In this document: positions 29,496-40,235 of the stretch, piece by piece
Numbering within the stretch: position 1 is the stretch's first letter
Layout: every line of letters starts with the position of its first letter
Assembly (NCBI GenBank): GCA_047150005.1
Contig: AP038806.1
Coordinates: 480,001-544,000 of the forward strand
DNA: 64,000 nucleotides
Source of the DNA: Nitrospira sp.
GTDB taxonomy: Bacteria > Nitrospirota > Nitrospiria > Nitrospirales > Nitrospiraceae
Direction: 5' to 3'
The notes under the pieces: model-generated
Databases searched by the model: none
What the model was told of the DNA's origin: nothing
What the model saw: the letters and a program-made list of their open reading frames with translations, nothing else
Program-made: the position numbers and the translations under genes

Positions 29496-30248
29496 TCAAC
29501 CTCTCTTCGTGAGTTCCCAGAACTTCGCGTATTTCATGACGGTGTAATAGGCATAGAGTCCGGAAAGAATCAACCCCGGCATGCCGTCGAGAAAGCCGCG
29601 CCGCTGGACGTACATCTTGGCGAAGGCCGCGAGCGGATGGGTGACGAGCTGCAGGCTCGAGAAGCGGCGTCCCTGTTCGACCATCCGCTCGGCCATCAGC
29701 GTCGAGTACCGGTTCTGCTTCTGGATGTAATGGTCGAGGTCCCGGAACGGATATTGGAGGGCCGGCTGCGTCAGATGCGCGACCGGTCCGTCGCACTCGA
29801 AACTCTCGTGGACCAACTCGTCCCGGTAACGGAAGCGGCTCCTACGGAACAATTGCGGCTGGCGGTAGTCGGGATACCAGCCGCAATGCTTGATCCAGCG
29901 GTCGAGAAAGTAGTTCTTCCGCGGCACGAAGTAGGCGTCGGCCCCGGGCCCCTGCTCGAGCAGGCGGCGGATTTCCTCTCGCAATTCCGGCGTCATCCGC
30001 TCGTCGCTGTCCAGACTGAATACCCAGTCGTGCGAGCAATAGGCCATCGCCTGGTTGCGCAGCCGGCCGAATCCGTTGAACTCGACCTGGTAGACCTGGT
30101 CCGTGAATTCGCGGGCGATCGCGGCCGTGCGGTCGGTGCTGTGCGAATCGACGACGACGAGCTCATCCGCCCCTGCGACCGACTCCAGGCAGGCCCGCAT
30201 GTTGGGCTCGTCGTTGTAGGCGATGACGTAGACGGAATAGCGGGGCAT
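29496..30248 (-). CDS. GT2 glycosyltransferase (WaaE/LgtF-like)
   Basis: VIAYNDE, VDSHSTD, LDSDE, WYPDYRQ motifs. Confidence 0.9.
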   Translation of the reverse strand: MPRYSVYVIAYNDEPNMRACLESVAGADELVVVDSHSTDRTAAIAREFTDQVYQVEFNGFGRLRNQAMAYCSHDWVFSLDSDERMTPELREEIRRLLEQGPGADAYFVPRKNYFLDRWIKHCGWYPDYRQPQLFRRSRFRYRDELVHESFECDGPVAHLTQPALQYPFRDLDHYIQKQNRYSTLMAERMVEQGRRFSSLQLVTHPLAAFAKMYVQRRGFLDGMPGLILSGLYAYYTVMKYAKFWELTKRG

Positions 30249-30249
30249 G

Positions 30250-31374
30250 TCAGCCGTCCCGTTCGGACACCGCACCGCCCGCCAGATTCCGATAGACCGC
30301 TTCCATCCGGTCCAGCATCTTGTCGATGGAGTAGGACCGTTCCACCAAGGCCCTGCCGTTCGCGCCCAGACGGGACCGCAGCCCGGCATCGCTCAATAAG
30401 AGGGCGATCCGATCCGCCAATGCCGGGCCGTCGCGCGGAGGAACGACGTAGCCGGTTTCGCCGTCGATGACGACGTCGGGAATGGAACCGACCGTCGTGG
30501 AGACGACGGGAATGCCGAGCGCCAGGGCCTGCATCAATACTTGTGGGATCGTGTCCCCTTCGACGGAGGGAATCGCGAAGACGTCCAAAGACCGGAACAC
30601 GTCCAGCAGGTCGTCGCGGAAGCCCAACAGTCTGATCCGCGACGCCCATCCGGACCGGTCGATGCGGCGGCGGATCGACTCCTCTTCCGGCCCCTCGCCG
30701 ACGATCACGAAGGTCACGTCGTCCCGCTGCGCCGCGATCCGCCCGGCCGCCTCGATGAAGTATTCGTGTCCCTTGTACGTGCGCAGATAGGAGATGATGC
30801 CGACCAGCAGATGACCCGGCGGGAGCCCCAATTCGTGCCGGAGGTCGCGGGCGGGAGGCGCGGGCCGAAAGTGCGCGACGTCGAGTCCGATCGGAAAGGC
30901 GGCGACGCGTCCCGGTTCGAGGCCGTCGCGCTCGACCAGGTCCCGCCTGGTCCGCTCGCCGCCGGTCACCACCACCATGTCGAGCAGGCGGCGGTACAAC
31001 AGCTGCGTGGTCATGTTGCGGTTGAGCGGCGTGGAAATGTGCCGGATCCGGATGATCTTCGGCCTGGGCTTCAGCAGACGGACTGCGATGCAGCCGATCC
31101 AGCTGTCCCGGGAACTATTGACCTGGAGAATGGCCGGACGCTCGCGCTGCATGAGCCGCCGCATCGCGAGGATCGCCTGCGGATACCGATTTCGACGCAT
31201 GGAGAGGAGGGTGACCGGGAGCTGTTTCTCTTCCGCCATGGAGGCGATCGGGCTGCCCGGCTCCAGGATCAAGCGCAGCCGATGGCCCCGCTTCACCAAT
31301 CCTTCCGCATGGAGAAGCACGGCCAGTTCCTGGCCACCGACTGCCGTGCTGGATTCTGAAATGAAGAGGTTCAC
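30250..31374 (-). CDS. GT4 glycosyltransferase
   Basis: GGQEL, YKGH, VGEGP, PQVLMQALA motifs. Confidence 0.9.
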   Translation of the reverse strand: MNLFISESSTAVGGQELAVLLHAEGLVKRGHRLRLILEPGSPIASMAEEKQLPVTLLSMRRNRYPQAILAMRRLMQRERPAILQVNSSRDSWIGCIAVRLLKPRPKIIRIRHISTPLNRNMTTQLLYRRLLDMVVVTGGERTRRDLVERDGLEPGRVAAFPIGLDVAHFRPAPPARDLRHELGLPPGHLLVGIISYLRTYKGHEYFIEAAGRIAAQRDDVTFVIVGEGPEEESIRRRIDRSGWASRIRLLGFRDDLLDVFRSLDVFAIPSVEGDTIPQVLMQALALGIPVVSTTVGSIPDVVIDGETGYVVPPRDGPALADRIALLLSDAGLRSRLGANGRALVERSYSIDKMLDRMEAVYRNLAGGAVSERDG

Positions 31375-32414
31375 TAGGATCGCGCCGACCGCCGAGGGAG
31401 ACTTGCCACAACCGAGAAGGCCCGGTCAACCGTAATGTCGGTCAGGCAGGCGAGATGTTTCGAATTCGAGCAGGTCCGGCTGAAGCAGGGACTGCAGGGT
31501 ACCGGATGCATGAGCACCGCATGGTCGGCCCCGTAGGGTCCGGTGCGTAGCGGACTGGTCGGCCCGAACATCGCCGCCACCGGCGTGCCGACGGCGGCGG
31601 CGATATGCATCGGCCCGGAATCGTTCGTGATCAACAGTTCGACCCGGCCGAGGAGGGCCGGCAACAGACCCACCGGCAGCGCGCCGCAGAGATCGAGAGA
31701 CCGGGCCTTCATCAACTTTCGAACCTGCGCGACCTCCGCCCGCTCGTCCGACCCGCCGATGAACAGGACGGAGCCGATTCCCCGCTGGACGACCAAATCG
31801 GACAGCGCGGCGAACGAGGCGATCGGCCACCGCTTCGTGGGCCAGCGCGCGGACACGTTGACCGCGATGAGCCGTTCCCCGGCCGTCCAGCCCGCCTGCC
31901 GCAGCGCCCGCTCCACCGACTCGTGATCCCGATGCGGAATCCGGAACTTGAATTCGGCCGGCCGCGCATCCGCTCCCAACGCCTTGGCCACCAGGAGATA
32001 CCGGTCCACGGCATGCATGTTGGGATGCGGCACCGGCACGCGCCTGGTGTAGAGCCAGGGGCTGCCCTCGCGCGCGTTGGCGAACCCGACCCGCTCGGGC
32101 GCGCCGCTCAACCGGCCCATCATCGCGCTGCGGAACAGGCCCTGCAGGTCGATCGCGAGATCGAACCGGTCGGCGCGCAGAGCCGGTACCAGCGACAACC
32201 AGCCCTTGACCCCCGACTCCACTTCCCACAGGTGATCGACTCCGTCGATCCGCTCGACCAGCCCGGCCCACTGTCGCTTGACCAGCCATCCCACGGTGGC
32301 GTCCGGATGGGCGCGCCGCACTGCCGCGAGCGCGGGCATCGCATGCACGATGTCGCCGAGCGAGCTGGGTTTGATGAACAAAATGTGCTGATACGCCGTC
32401 ATGGGTGTACGCAT
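31374..32414 (-). CDS. GT9 LPS heptosyltransferase (WaaC-like)
   Basis: IKPSSLGDIVH, DLQGLFRS, TNDSGPMH motifs. Confidence 0.88.
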   Translation of the reverse strand: MRTPMTAYQHILFIKPSSLGDIVHAMPALAAVRRAHPDATVGWLVKRQWAGLVERIDGVDHLWEVESGVKGWLSLVPALRADRFDLAIDLQGLFRSAMMGRLSGAPERVGFANAREGSPWLYTRRVPVPHPNMHAVDRYLLVAKALGADARPAEFKFRIPHRDHESVERALRQAGWTAGERLIAVNVSARWPTKRWPIASFAALSDLVVQRGIGSVLFIGGSDERAEVAQVRKLMKARSLDLCGALPVGLLPALLGRVELLITNDSGPMHIAAAVGTPVAAMFGPTSPLRTGPYGADHAVLMHPVPCSPCFSRTCSNSKHLACLTDITVDRAFSVVASLPRRSARS

Positions 32415-32451
32415 GGGTGTGCGATAGACACCGGGGTACCCGATTCGATCG

Positions 32452-34179
32452 TCATCCGGCCGACCGTTCGCCGGCTTGCGCCGGGGTTCCGGCGCGCAAT
32501 TCCGCATCTTTCAGAATCCATTCGGCCGCCTCGCTCATGGTCCGCGCGATGAGATCCGGCATCGCCCGCTCGGCCCTGAGCTGCTCCTTGACCGCTTCAT
32601 CGACCGGCCCCCGCACGAGGAGCACGGATTTCGCACCCACGACATGAGCCAATTGAATGTCGCGCGCGTGATCGCCGATGAGATAGGATCGGCGCAGATC
32701 GACCTGCAGTTCGGCCACGGCCCGGTCCACCATGCCGCGTGCAGGTTTGCGACAGAGGCAACCGTCATCCGGGTGATGCGGGCAGAAATACATGGCATCC
32801 AGCGCGGCATCCTCCGCTTCCAACAGACCCTGCAGTCGCGCGTGCACGGCCTCCAGATCCTTGAGCGTGAAGAACCCGCGGCCGACACCGGACTGATTGG
32901 TCACGACCACGAGGCGCGCACCGGCCGCCTTCAGCCTGGCGAGGCCCGTCGCCACGCCGGGTAAGAGCTTCAATTCCGCGGCGGATCTCAAATAGCCCGG
33001 ATCCTCGTTCAACGTCCCGTCCCGATCGAGAAAGACCGTGACACCGTCGAGGAGAGGACGCGGGTCGGACCGCTCCGCCGCAACCGGGCCGGGCGGCGAC
33101 ACCTCCAGCCTTGCAGGAGCGGAGGCGGGACCGCGGATCAGCTTGGCCGCCGCGTCGTACACCTGATCGGCCGACACTCCGGTCATGCAACGATGATCGA
33201 TCGGACATTCGCGCAGAAGGCAGGGCGCGCACTCGACCCGATGCCGGATCAAGGCATGGTCGGCGCCGTAGGGAGACGTCGTCCGCCAGTCCGTCGGGCC
33301 GAAGACGGCGACGATCGGCACACCGAACGCCGAGCCGATATGCATCGGACCGGTGTCGTTGGTCACGAGCACCCCGCACCGCTTGACGGCCGCCATCAGC
33401 TCACGGATCGTCGTCGCGCCTGATAGGACCATCGACCGGCCGGTCAAGCCGGCGGCGACGCTCCGGCCGAGCGCCTCCTCCCCTTTCGCGCCGAGAACCA
33501 AAACGGCCGCCGGCTTTCCGTGAGATTCCTCCAGCCGCCTGGCGAGCCGCTCGGCCACTTGCGTGAACCGCTCGGGCAACCAACGCTTGGCCCCTCCGTA
33601 CGTGGACCCGGGATTCACGCCGATGACCGGATCCTGCGCGCCGATCCCCGCTTGCATGAGTCGGGCGGCCATCGACTGGTCCTCCTCCGGCGTGACCCGG
33701 AGCTCCGGCTGGGACGGCTCGCCGGATACACCGAGCGGCTTCACCAAATTCCAATAATAGTGAACTTGATGGACCAACATGCCGGGATCGGGCGGCGCCA
33801 CCGGCTCCGTGAGCAGGACGCTGCGGCCGTCGGTCGCGTAGCCGTACCGCCGGGGGATCCCGGCGAGGAACGTGATGAACGCCGCTTCGAACGCATTCTG
33901 GAAGAGAACCGCGATGTCGAACCGTTCCCGCCGCAGGTCTCCGGCCAAGGTCCACTTGCCCGTCAGTCCCGCATGACGGGTTCGGTCCTCGTAGACGACC
34001 AGTCGGTCGATCGCGGGATGCGCCTGGAAGAGCTGCGCGACCGCCGGCTTCACCAGCAGAAACAACTGCGCGCCCGACCACAGACGCTTCAACCCCCGCA
34101 GCGCCGGCTCGCACATCACGGCATCGCCCAGCCAGTTGGGTCCGCGGACCAACACCTTCTTCGGTGTTCCGTCAGGCAT
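32452..34179 (-). CDS. waaF: Heptosyltransferase II fused to GmhB-type heptose-bisphosphate phosphatase
   Basis: GPNWLGDAVM, AKRW, TNDTGPMH; then HAD motif FLDRDGTLN, TNQSG, CPHHP...CRKP. Confidence 0.9.
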   Translation of the reverse strand: MPDGTPKKVLVRGPNWLGDAVMCEPALRGLKRLWSGAQLFLLVKPAVAQLFQAHPAIDRLVVYEDRTRHAGLTGKWTLAGDLRRERFDIAVLFQNAFEAAFITFLAGIPRRYGYATDGRSVLLTEPVAPPDPGMLVHQVHYYWNLVKPLGVSGEPSQPELRVTPEEDQSMAARLMQAGIGAQDPVIGVNPGSTYGGAKRWLPERFTQVAERLARRLEESHGKPAAVLVLGAKGEEALGRSVAAGLTGRSMVLSGATTIRELMAAVKRCGVLVTNDTGPMHIGSAFGVPIVAVFGPTDWRTTSPYGADHALIRHRVECAPCLLRECPIDHRCMTGVSADQVYDAAAKLIRGPASAPARLEVSPPGPVAAERSDPRPLLDGVTVFLDRDGTLNEDPGYLRSAAELKLLPGVATGLARLKAAGARLVVVTNQSGVGRGFFTLKDLEAVHARLQGLLEAEDAALDAMYFCPHHPDDGCLCRKPARGMVDRAVAELQVDLRRSYLIGDHARDIQLAHVVGAKSVLLVRGPVDEAVKEQLRAERAMPDLIARTMSEAAEWILKDAELRAGTPAQAGERSAG

Positions 34180-35251
34180 ACACCGCCCCCGTCCTATCGG
34201 CCGACGCCTTCGCGATCAATGCTCGGAGTTCCCGCTCGCCCGCGACGATGTCCGTCCCGAGGCGGACGGCCCACCACCCGCAGTCCGAGGGCGTGAGCAG
34301 CGAAGCGAGCTTGCCCGCATCCTTCTCAGTCGTCATGACCACGTCCGCGTTCGCCGCCGCCGCTTTCGCACGCACCCGGCTCACATCCCCGCTCGTATAG
34401 GAATGATGGTCCCGATAGACCATGTGATCGACCGGTATCATCCCCAGCCGGATCGCCAGGGTCTGGAACGAGGCGGGATCGGCGATCCCGCTGCACAGCA
34501 CCGCCGTCTTGCCCCGGCACCAGGTGAGCGGCTGCTGTGAGCCGCTCGTGACGGAGACCAGCATCTCAGGGCGGAAGACCGCCTGGGCCACGGGCGTCCC
34601 GACGGTGACCGGACGAAGCAACTCCGCCACAACCGCCACCTGCTCCGGACGGTCGGCCTTGGTCACGACGATCATGGACGCACGGGCCGCGGCATCGATC
34701 GGCTCGCGGAGCCGGCCGGCCGGAAACACCGCGCGCAGACCGTCGGCGTCCGTCGCATCGACGAGCAGAAGATCCACATCGCGCTCGACGGCGAGATGCT
34801 GAAACCCGTCGTCGAGCAGAATGTAATCGACCGGAAACCGGTCCAGGACCCAGCGGCCGAGCTCGTAGCGGTCGGCGCCGACGGCCACGACCGCGGCGGG
34901 ACAGCGCCGCGCCATCAGATAGGGCTCGTCCCCCGCCTCTTCCGGAGCAGCCAGCAGGCTCGCGCCGTCCGAGACGACCAGCGACGGCGCCGACCCTGCG
35001 CGCCTGTATCCCCGGCTCAAGATCGCGACCCGTTTGCCGTCTCCCGACAGCCATTCGGCCAAACGAATGACCAGCGGCGTCTTGCCCGTCCCTCCGACCG
35101 TGAGGTTGCCGACGCTCACGACCGGCACGGGCAATCGCCGCCTGGCCAGCCAACCGCGCCGATACAGCGCCGCACGGATCCGCCCCGCCAGGCCGTAGAG
35201 CCAACCGGCCCAGAGCAGCCACCACCGCACCTGTGACCCTGGGGTGAACAC
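34172..35251 (-). CDS. lpxK: Tetraacyldisaccharide 4'-kinase
   Basis: [32 protein letters not shown] motifs. Confidence 0.95.
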   Translation of the reverse strand: MFTPGSQVRWWLLWAGWLYGLAGRIRAALYRRGWLARRRLPVPVVSVGNLTVGGTGKTPLVIRLAEWLSGDGKRVAILSRGYRRAGSAPSLVVSDGASLLAAPEEAGDEPYLMARRCPAAVVAVGADRYELGRWVLDRFPVDYILLDDGFQHLAVERDVDLLLVDATDADGLRAVFPAGRLREPIDAAARASMIVVTKADRPEQVAVVAELLRPVTVGTPVAQAVFRPEMLVSVTSGSQQPLTWCRGKTAVLCSGIADPASFQTLAIRLGMIPVDHMVYRDHHSYTSGDVSRVRAKAAAANADVVMTTEKDAGKLASLLTPSDCGWWAVRLGTDIVAGERELRALIAKASADRTGAVYA

Positions 35252-35257
35252 AATGTG

Positions 35258-36598
35258 TTATCGTCCGGCCATCAGCGGCAACTGATCGGGAGCCGGTGTC
35301 GGTTTCCGGTGCCCGGAGGCGGCGGACAGCAACGCATCCACCGCGTCGACCGTGGCCTGCAGCGCGCCCCGGTTCTGCTCGACGACGGAGCGGGCGGCCG
35401 CGCCGATGCGCGCGCCTTCCTCGGGACGATCGAGCAGCTGTTCGATCCGCTTCGCCAACTCCTCGCCGGTCACGCGCACACCCCCACCCGCCTGCAACAG
35501 CAATCCCGCGATCTCGGCACAATGGTCCGTGTAGGGACCGAAAAGCACCGGCTTGCCCCACAGGGCCGGCTCAAGCAGGTTGTGCCCTCCCACCGGCACG
35601 AGCGTGCCGCCGACGAAGGCGACCGCAGCTTCCCGGTACAACGAGGCCAATTCACCGCGCGAATCCAGCAGAATGACACGCGGCCCCGACCAGGCCTCGC
35701 GCCGGTCCGCCTGCATGGCAGTCCGCCGCCGCACCGGCAATCCCCGCGCGCGCACCATCGCCTCCACCTGTTCGACCCGTTCGATATGTCTGGGGGCCAG
35801 AAGCAACAGCACCGACGGATGGCGCTCGGCGACGGACCGATAGGCATCCACGAGCGCTTCCTCTTCGCCGTGATGCGTGCTCCCGGCGACGATCAACCGC
35901 TCGTCCTCCCGCAATTCCAAACTCGAGCGGGCCGATCGGCTGTCCGTCGACTCCGGAACCGGTTGATCGAACTTGATGTTCCCGGTTCGTTTCACCACCT
36001 TGGCATTCGCCCCAAGCGCGACGATGCGTTCTACATCCCGGTCCGATTGCATCAGGCAGAGACTCAGCGTTTCGATCATCGAACGGTAGAACGACCGCAC
36101 GGGCTCCCACTGCTGGCGGGCGAAGGACCGGCTCGAGAGCCTCCCATTGACCAGCACCGTGGGAACGCCGGCCCGGTGCAGGCGCCGGAGGAGATTCGGC
36201 CAGAGCTCGGTTTCCACAAACAGATAGAGCGCCGGACGCAAGTGGTCGATCATCCCCGAGACGACCCACGGGAAATCGAGCGGCGCATAACAATGCTCGG
36301 CCACCCCCCCCAGCCGCTGCTCCACCGCCTCGCGGCCGGTTTCGGTGACAGTCGAGACGGCGAACCGGTGGTCCGGATGTCGGCGGTGCAGTTCCCTGAC
36401 GAGCGGGGTCACCGCGACGACTTCGCCCAGCGAGACCGCATGAATCCAGACGAGCGGCCGGCCGTCCGGCCGGATCGGCGGTTGGGTAAGCCCAAAGCGC
36501 TGCGGCAGCCCGCGCCGGCAACGTTTCTTGGCCAGCAGGAGGCACAAGATGACGGGCGCGGCGAGCAGGAGCAGCGAATTGTAGAGGAGGTACCACAT
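35258..36598 (-). CDS. waaA: Kdo transferase
   Basis: WIHAVSLGE, ETELWPN, GNIKFD, APRH, GGHNLLEP motifs. Confidence 0.95.
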   Translation of the reverse strand: MWYLLYNSLLLLAAPVILCLLLAKKRCRRGLPQRFGLTQPPIRPDGRPLVWIHAVSLGEVVAVTPLVRELHRRHPDHRFAVSTVTETGREAVEQRLGGVAEHCYAPLDFPWVVSGMIDHLRPALYLFVETELWPNLLRRLHRAGVPTVLVNGRLSSRSFARQQWEPVRSFYRSMIETLSLCLMQSDRDVERIVALGANAKVVKRTGNIKFDQPVPESTDSRSARSSLELREDERLIVAGSTHHGEEEALVDAYRSVAERHPSVLLLLAPRHIERVEQVEAMVRARGLPVRRRTAMQADRREAWSGPRVILLDSRGELASLYREAAVAFVGGTLVPVGGHNLLEPALWGKPVLFGPYTDHCAEIAGLLLQAGGGVRVTGEELAKRIEQLLDRPEEGARIGAAARSVVEQNRGALQATVDAVDALLSAASGHRKPTPAPDQLPLMAGR

Positions 36599-36662
36599 AG
36601 ACGACTCGTCATGCGTCGATCGTCATTCGCCGAACGTAGGAATCGCCTCGGTGGCGATCCTG

Positions 36663-37363
36663 CTACGACGGGCGGTTGACGCGTGGCGGTTGACGGAGCA
36701 CGGCTTCATCAGCTTCGACGGTGAGCCGGTTCAGCGCGTCTTCCAGCTCCGACCGCTTTGCTTCAAGCTCCTCCGGGCCTGCCGTGCGGGGCACCCAGAG
36801 CGGCCTGCCCCACAACAAGAGCCCGCGCGACCAGGGCCAGGGGAGCATGAACCGATCCCAGCTCGCGAAGAGTTTTTTTTTGAGCAGGCCGCGGTGATCG
36901 GCACGATCGGCAACCCGGTCGCCCTGGCCAACTGGATGACGCCGATCTTCGCGACTTGCGCCGGACCTTTCGGGCCATCCGGCGTCACGACCAAATCCAG
37001 ACCGGAATGCCCCAGACGGATCAGCTCGCGCAACGCCTCCACGCCGCCTCTGGTGCTCGAGCCCCTCACGGCGAGGAAGCCGAAGCGCTCGACGATGCGC
37101 GCGATGATCTCCCCATCCTGATGCTGGCTGATGAGCACGTAGGCCCGCTCACCGCGGTAGGCGAACGGCATCAGGAGTTGGCGCGCGTGCCAGAACGCGA
37201 AGATGGCGCGCTTGCCGCCTTGATACAGCTGATCGGCGGCTTCGTGCCCTTGGCTCTCGATGCGCATGGACCGGCCGAGGCAGCGGATGACCCAGGCGCC
37301 GACCGGGGGGACGACCGACAGCTTGAGCCACCGTTCGAGCCGTTTGCCCGCGGCGCTACTCAA
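36663..37363 (-). CDS. DUF374 / lysophospholipid acyltransferase-family protein, split by a -1 frameshift at an A9 run (36873-36881)
   Basis: FWH, LISQHQDGE, VRGSSTRGG, TPDGPKGP; SWDRFMLPWP lies in the -1 frame after TC-AAAAAAAAA-CTC. Confidence 0.82.
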
Positions 37364-39101
37364 GGGGCACGTCCTGGAACTGCATCGCATGCAGCCGTTG
37401 ATAGTGGCCGCCGCGGCTGAGCAGTTCCTCATGGGTTCCGACCTCGACGATCCTCCCCCGGCTGAGCACGACGATGCGGTCCGCACGCTGGATGGTGGAC
37501 AACCGATGCGCAATCACGACCGTGGTGCGGTTTTGCATCAGGTTCGCCAGGGCGAGCTGCACGACGCGCTCCGATTCCGTATCGAGCGCGGACGTCGCCT
37601 CGTCGAGAATCAACAACGGAGGATCTCTGAGAATCGCGCGGGCGATGGCCAGCCGCTGCCGCTCGCCGCCCGAGAGCTTGACGCCTTTCTCTCCGACCAC
37701 CGTGCGGTAACTCTGGGGCAGTCGCTCGATAAAATCATGCGCGTAGGCCTGCGTGGCCGCCAGCGCGATCTGCTCGTCGGTAGCGTCCCGCCGTCCGAAG
37801 GCGATGTTGGCGCGGACGGAATCGTCGAACAGGACGACGTCCTGCGACACGATGCCGATCTGGGCACGAAGGGACGCCAAGGTGTACGACTGGATATCGA
37901 TACCGTCGATGAGGATGCAGCCGGCCGTGGGTTCGTAGAAACGGGGCAGCAGATTCACGAGCGTGGTCTTGCCGCTCCCGCTGCTGCCGACGATGGCGAC
38001 CATTTCGCCGGCGCGGATGGTCAGGTCGATATCGTTGAGAGCGGGCACGCTCTGGCCTTCGTAATGGAACGTCACGTCCTGATAGACCACCGACTGGCTG
38101 ATCGGAGGCAGCACCAGCCGGCCGCGCTCGACTTCCTGCTCCGTCTTGAGATCGATGACGCTGAACACCCGCTCGGCCGCCGCCAGCGCCTGCTGAATCG
38201 TATTGTTGGACCCGGACAGCCGCCGGATCGGCGTGTAGGCCATGAACATCGCCGTCAGAAAGGAAAAGAACGAACCGGGCGTCATGGCGCCGCTGATGAC
38301 GAGATAGCCGCCGTACCAGACGATGGCCGCGACGCCGACCACGCCGATCACTTCCATGTGCGACGAGCCGAGCGAGGACACCTGGATGGCCTTCATCGTG
38401 GTGTTCAGGAACGCCTTGTTGCTGTCCCTGAACCGCTGCGCCTCCGCCTCCTCCCGGCCGTAGGCCTTGACCATGCGGATGCCGGCCAGCGTTTCCTGCA
38501 GCGTGGACGCCATGTCCCCCATCCGCTCCTGGCCGCTGGCCGCGAGCGCGCGCAGGCGCTTGCCCATGCGCACCATGGTCACCACGGCGAGCGGAATGAC
38601 GACGATCGAGAGGCCGGCAAGCTGCCAATTCTGATAGAAGATCACGCCGAGCATGGCGAGGAAGGTGAGCCCCTGCTGGAAGATATCTTTTAACACGCCG
38701 GCGACCGCGTTGGCCATAAGCGTCACGTCGTTGACGACGCGCGAGACCAGCCGCCCGGACGTATTCGCGTCGTGATAGCCGACCGGCAAGCGAATCATCT
38801 TCCCGAACAGTTCCTGGCGGATGTCGGTGATGACCTGATTGCCGACGTAGTTCATGAGGTAATTTTGGCCGTAGTTGAAGGCGCTCTTGAGGACCGACAC
38901 AATGAACAGCGCGAGCGGCAGCGCGAGCAGAAGCCCCTCGTTCTTGTTGATGAAGATCTCGTCCAGCACCGGCTTCACCAGCCAGGCGTACGCCCCGGAA
39001 AACACCGCCACGAGTGCCGAGCAGACGAACGCCGCGAGCAGCCGCAGCCGGTACGGCCTGAGGTACCGGACCAATCGCATGAATCGGTCTAGACTCGACA
39101 T
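37356..39101 (-). CDS. msbA: Lipid A ABC flippase
   Basis: TM domain plus GSSGSGKTT, LSGGERQR, DEATSALD; located in the lpx operon. Confidence 0.93.
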   Translation of the reverse strand: MSSLDRFMRLVRYLRPYRLRLLAAFVCSALVAVFSGAYAWLVKPVLDEIFINKNEGLLLALPLALFIVSVLKSAFNYGQNYLMNYVGNQVITDIRQELFGKMIRLPVGYHDANTSGRLVSRVVNDVTLMANAVAGVLKDIFQQGLTFLAMLGVIFYQNWQLAGLSIVVIPLAVVTMVRMGKRLRALAASGQERMGDMASTLQETLAGIRMVKAYGREEAEAQRFRDSNKAFLNTTMKAIQVSSLGSSHMEVIGVVGVAAIVWYGGYLVISGAMTPGSFFSFLTAMFMAYTPIRRLSGSNNTIQQALAAAERVFSVIDLKTEQEVERGRLVLPPISQSVVYQDVTFHYEGQSVPALNDIDLTIRAGEMVAIVGSSGSGKTTLVNLLPRFYEPTAGCILIDGIDIQSYTLASLRAQIGIVSQDVVLFDDSVRANIAFGRRDATDEQIALAATQAYAHDFIERLPQSYRTVVGEKGVKLSGGERQRLAIARAILRDPPLLILDEATSALDTESERVVQLALANLMQNRTTVVIAHRLSTIQRADRIVVLSRGRIVEVGTHEELLSRGGHYQRLHAMQFQDVPLE

Positions 39102-40219
39102 TCGTCCAACACCACCTGAGCGGCCCGTCTGGACGCGCCCGGTTCTCCCAACGTGCGGTGCACCTGCCGCAGACTGTCCTTCATCTCGTCGTACGCCCGT
39201 CGATCGTTCACCAGCCGGTCGGTTTCCCGGATCAGCCGTTCGGCCGTCGCCTCGTCCTGAATGAGTTCAGGGACCACCGACCGGCCGGCGATGAGATTCA
39301 CCAGGCCGATCCACTTGACCCTGATCAGGCAGCGCGCCAGCGTGTACGTAGGCCACGTGGTTTTATACAGCAGGACCATCGGAGTCCCGACCACGGCCGC
39401 CTGCAGGGTCGCGGTGCCGGAGGCGATCCATAATATATCCGAAGCGGCCATGACTTCGCTGGCCTGGTCCCGCACCACGGTCACCGGGACGGAGCTCCCA
39501 TGCAGCCGTTCCCGGATCAGAGGGTCCTGGATCGACGAGGCCTGCGCGAGGATGAACTGCGTCTTCGGATTGCGGGCGAGAAGCTCGGCCGCCGCTTTCA
39601 ACAGCACCGGCATGAGCAGTTCGACTTCGGCCACCCGGCTTCCCGGCAGGAGCCCGACGACCGGGGCCTCCTGGTCGAAGCCGAACCGCCGGCGCAACGC
39701 CGATCGATCGTAATGGGAGGCCACCGCATCCAGCAGCGGATGGCCGACGTAGGTGCAGCGGATGCCGGCCCGGCGGTAGATCTCCTCTTCAAACGGCAGG
39801 ATGACCACGACGTGGTTGACCCGCCGTTGGATCCATGTGATCCGGCGTGGCCGCCAGGCCCAGATCTGAGGAGCGATATAATAGAGCACCTTCTGTCCGG
39901 CGGCCTTGGCGATCCGCGCAAAATGAAGGTTCAAGGCGGGATTGTCGATCAACACCACCAGATCCCAGCGTTCGGAACGCAGCACGCGCCTGATCGCGCG
40001 AATCCGCCGGACGATCGCCCGCACCGCCGAGAGGCCGATCAAGCCCATCACGTCGAGTTGCGGCACCCCCGGGATCAGCGCCACGCCCGCGGCCTTCATG
40101 CCGGCGCCGCCGATGCCGACCAACTGCGCCGAAGGATCCAGTGAGAGCACCTCCCTCGCCAGATTGGCTCCGTGCAGATCTCCGGAGGCTTCGCCAGTCA
40201 CGATCAAAATGCGCGGCAT
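39089..40219 (-). CDS. lpxB: Lipid A disaccharide synthase
   Basis: GEASGDLHG, PQIWAWR, LPFE, LPGSR, SGTATL motifs. Confidence 0.95.
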   Translation of the reverse strand: MPRILIVTGEASGDLHGANLAREVLSLDPSAQLVGIGGAGMKAAGVALIPGVPQLDVMGLIGLSAVRAIVRRIRAIRRVLRSERWDLVVLIDNPALNLHFARIAKAAGQKVLYYIAPQIWAWRPRRITWIQRRVNHVVVILPFEEEIYRRAGIRCTYVGHPLLDAVASHYDRSALRRRFGFDQEAPVVGLLPGSRVAEVELLMPVLLKAAAELLARNPKTQFILAQASSIQDPLIRERLHGSSVPVTVVRDQASEVMAASDILWIASGTATLQAAVVGTPMVLLYKTTWPTYTLARCLIRVKWIGLVNLIAGRSVVPELIQDEATAERLIRETDRLVNDRRAYDEMKDSLRQVHRTLGEPGASRRAAQVVLDECRV

Positions 40220-40235
40220 AGTAGAAAGGTCAGTC

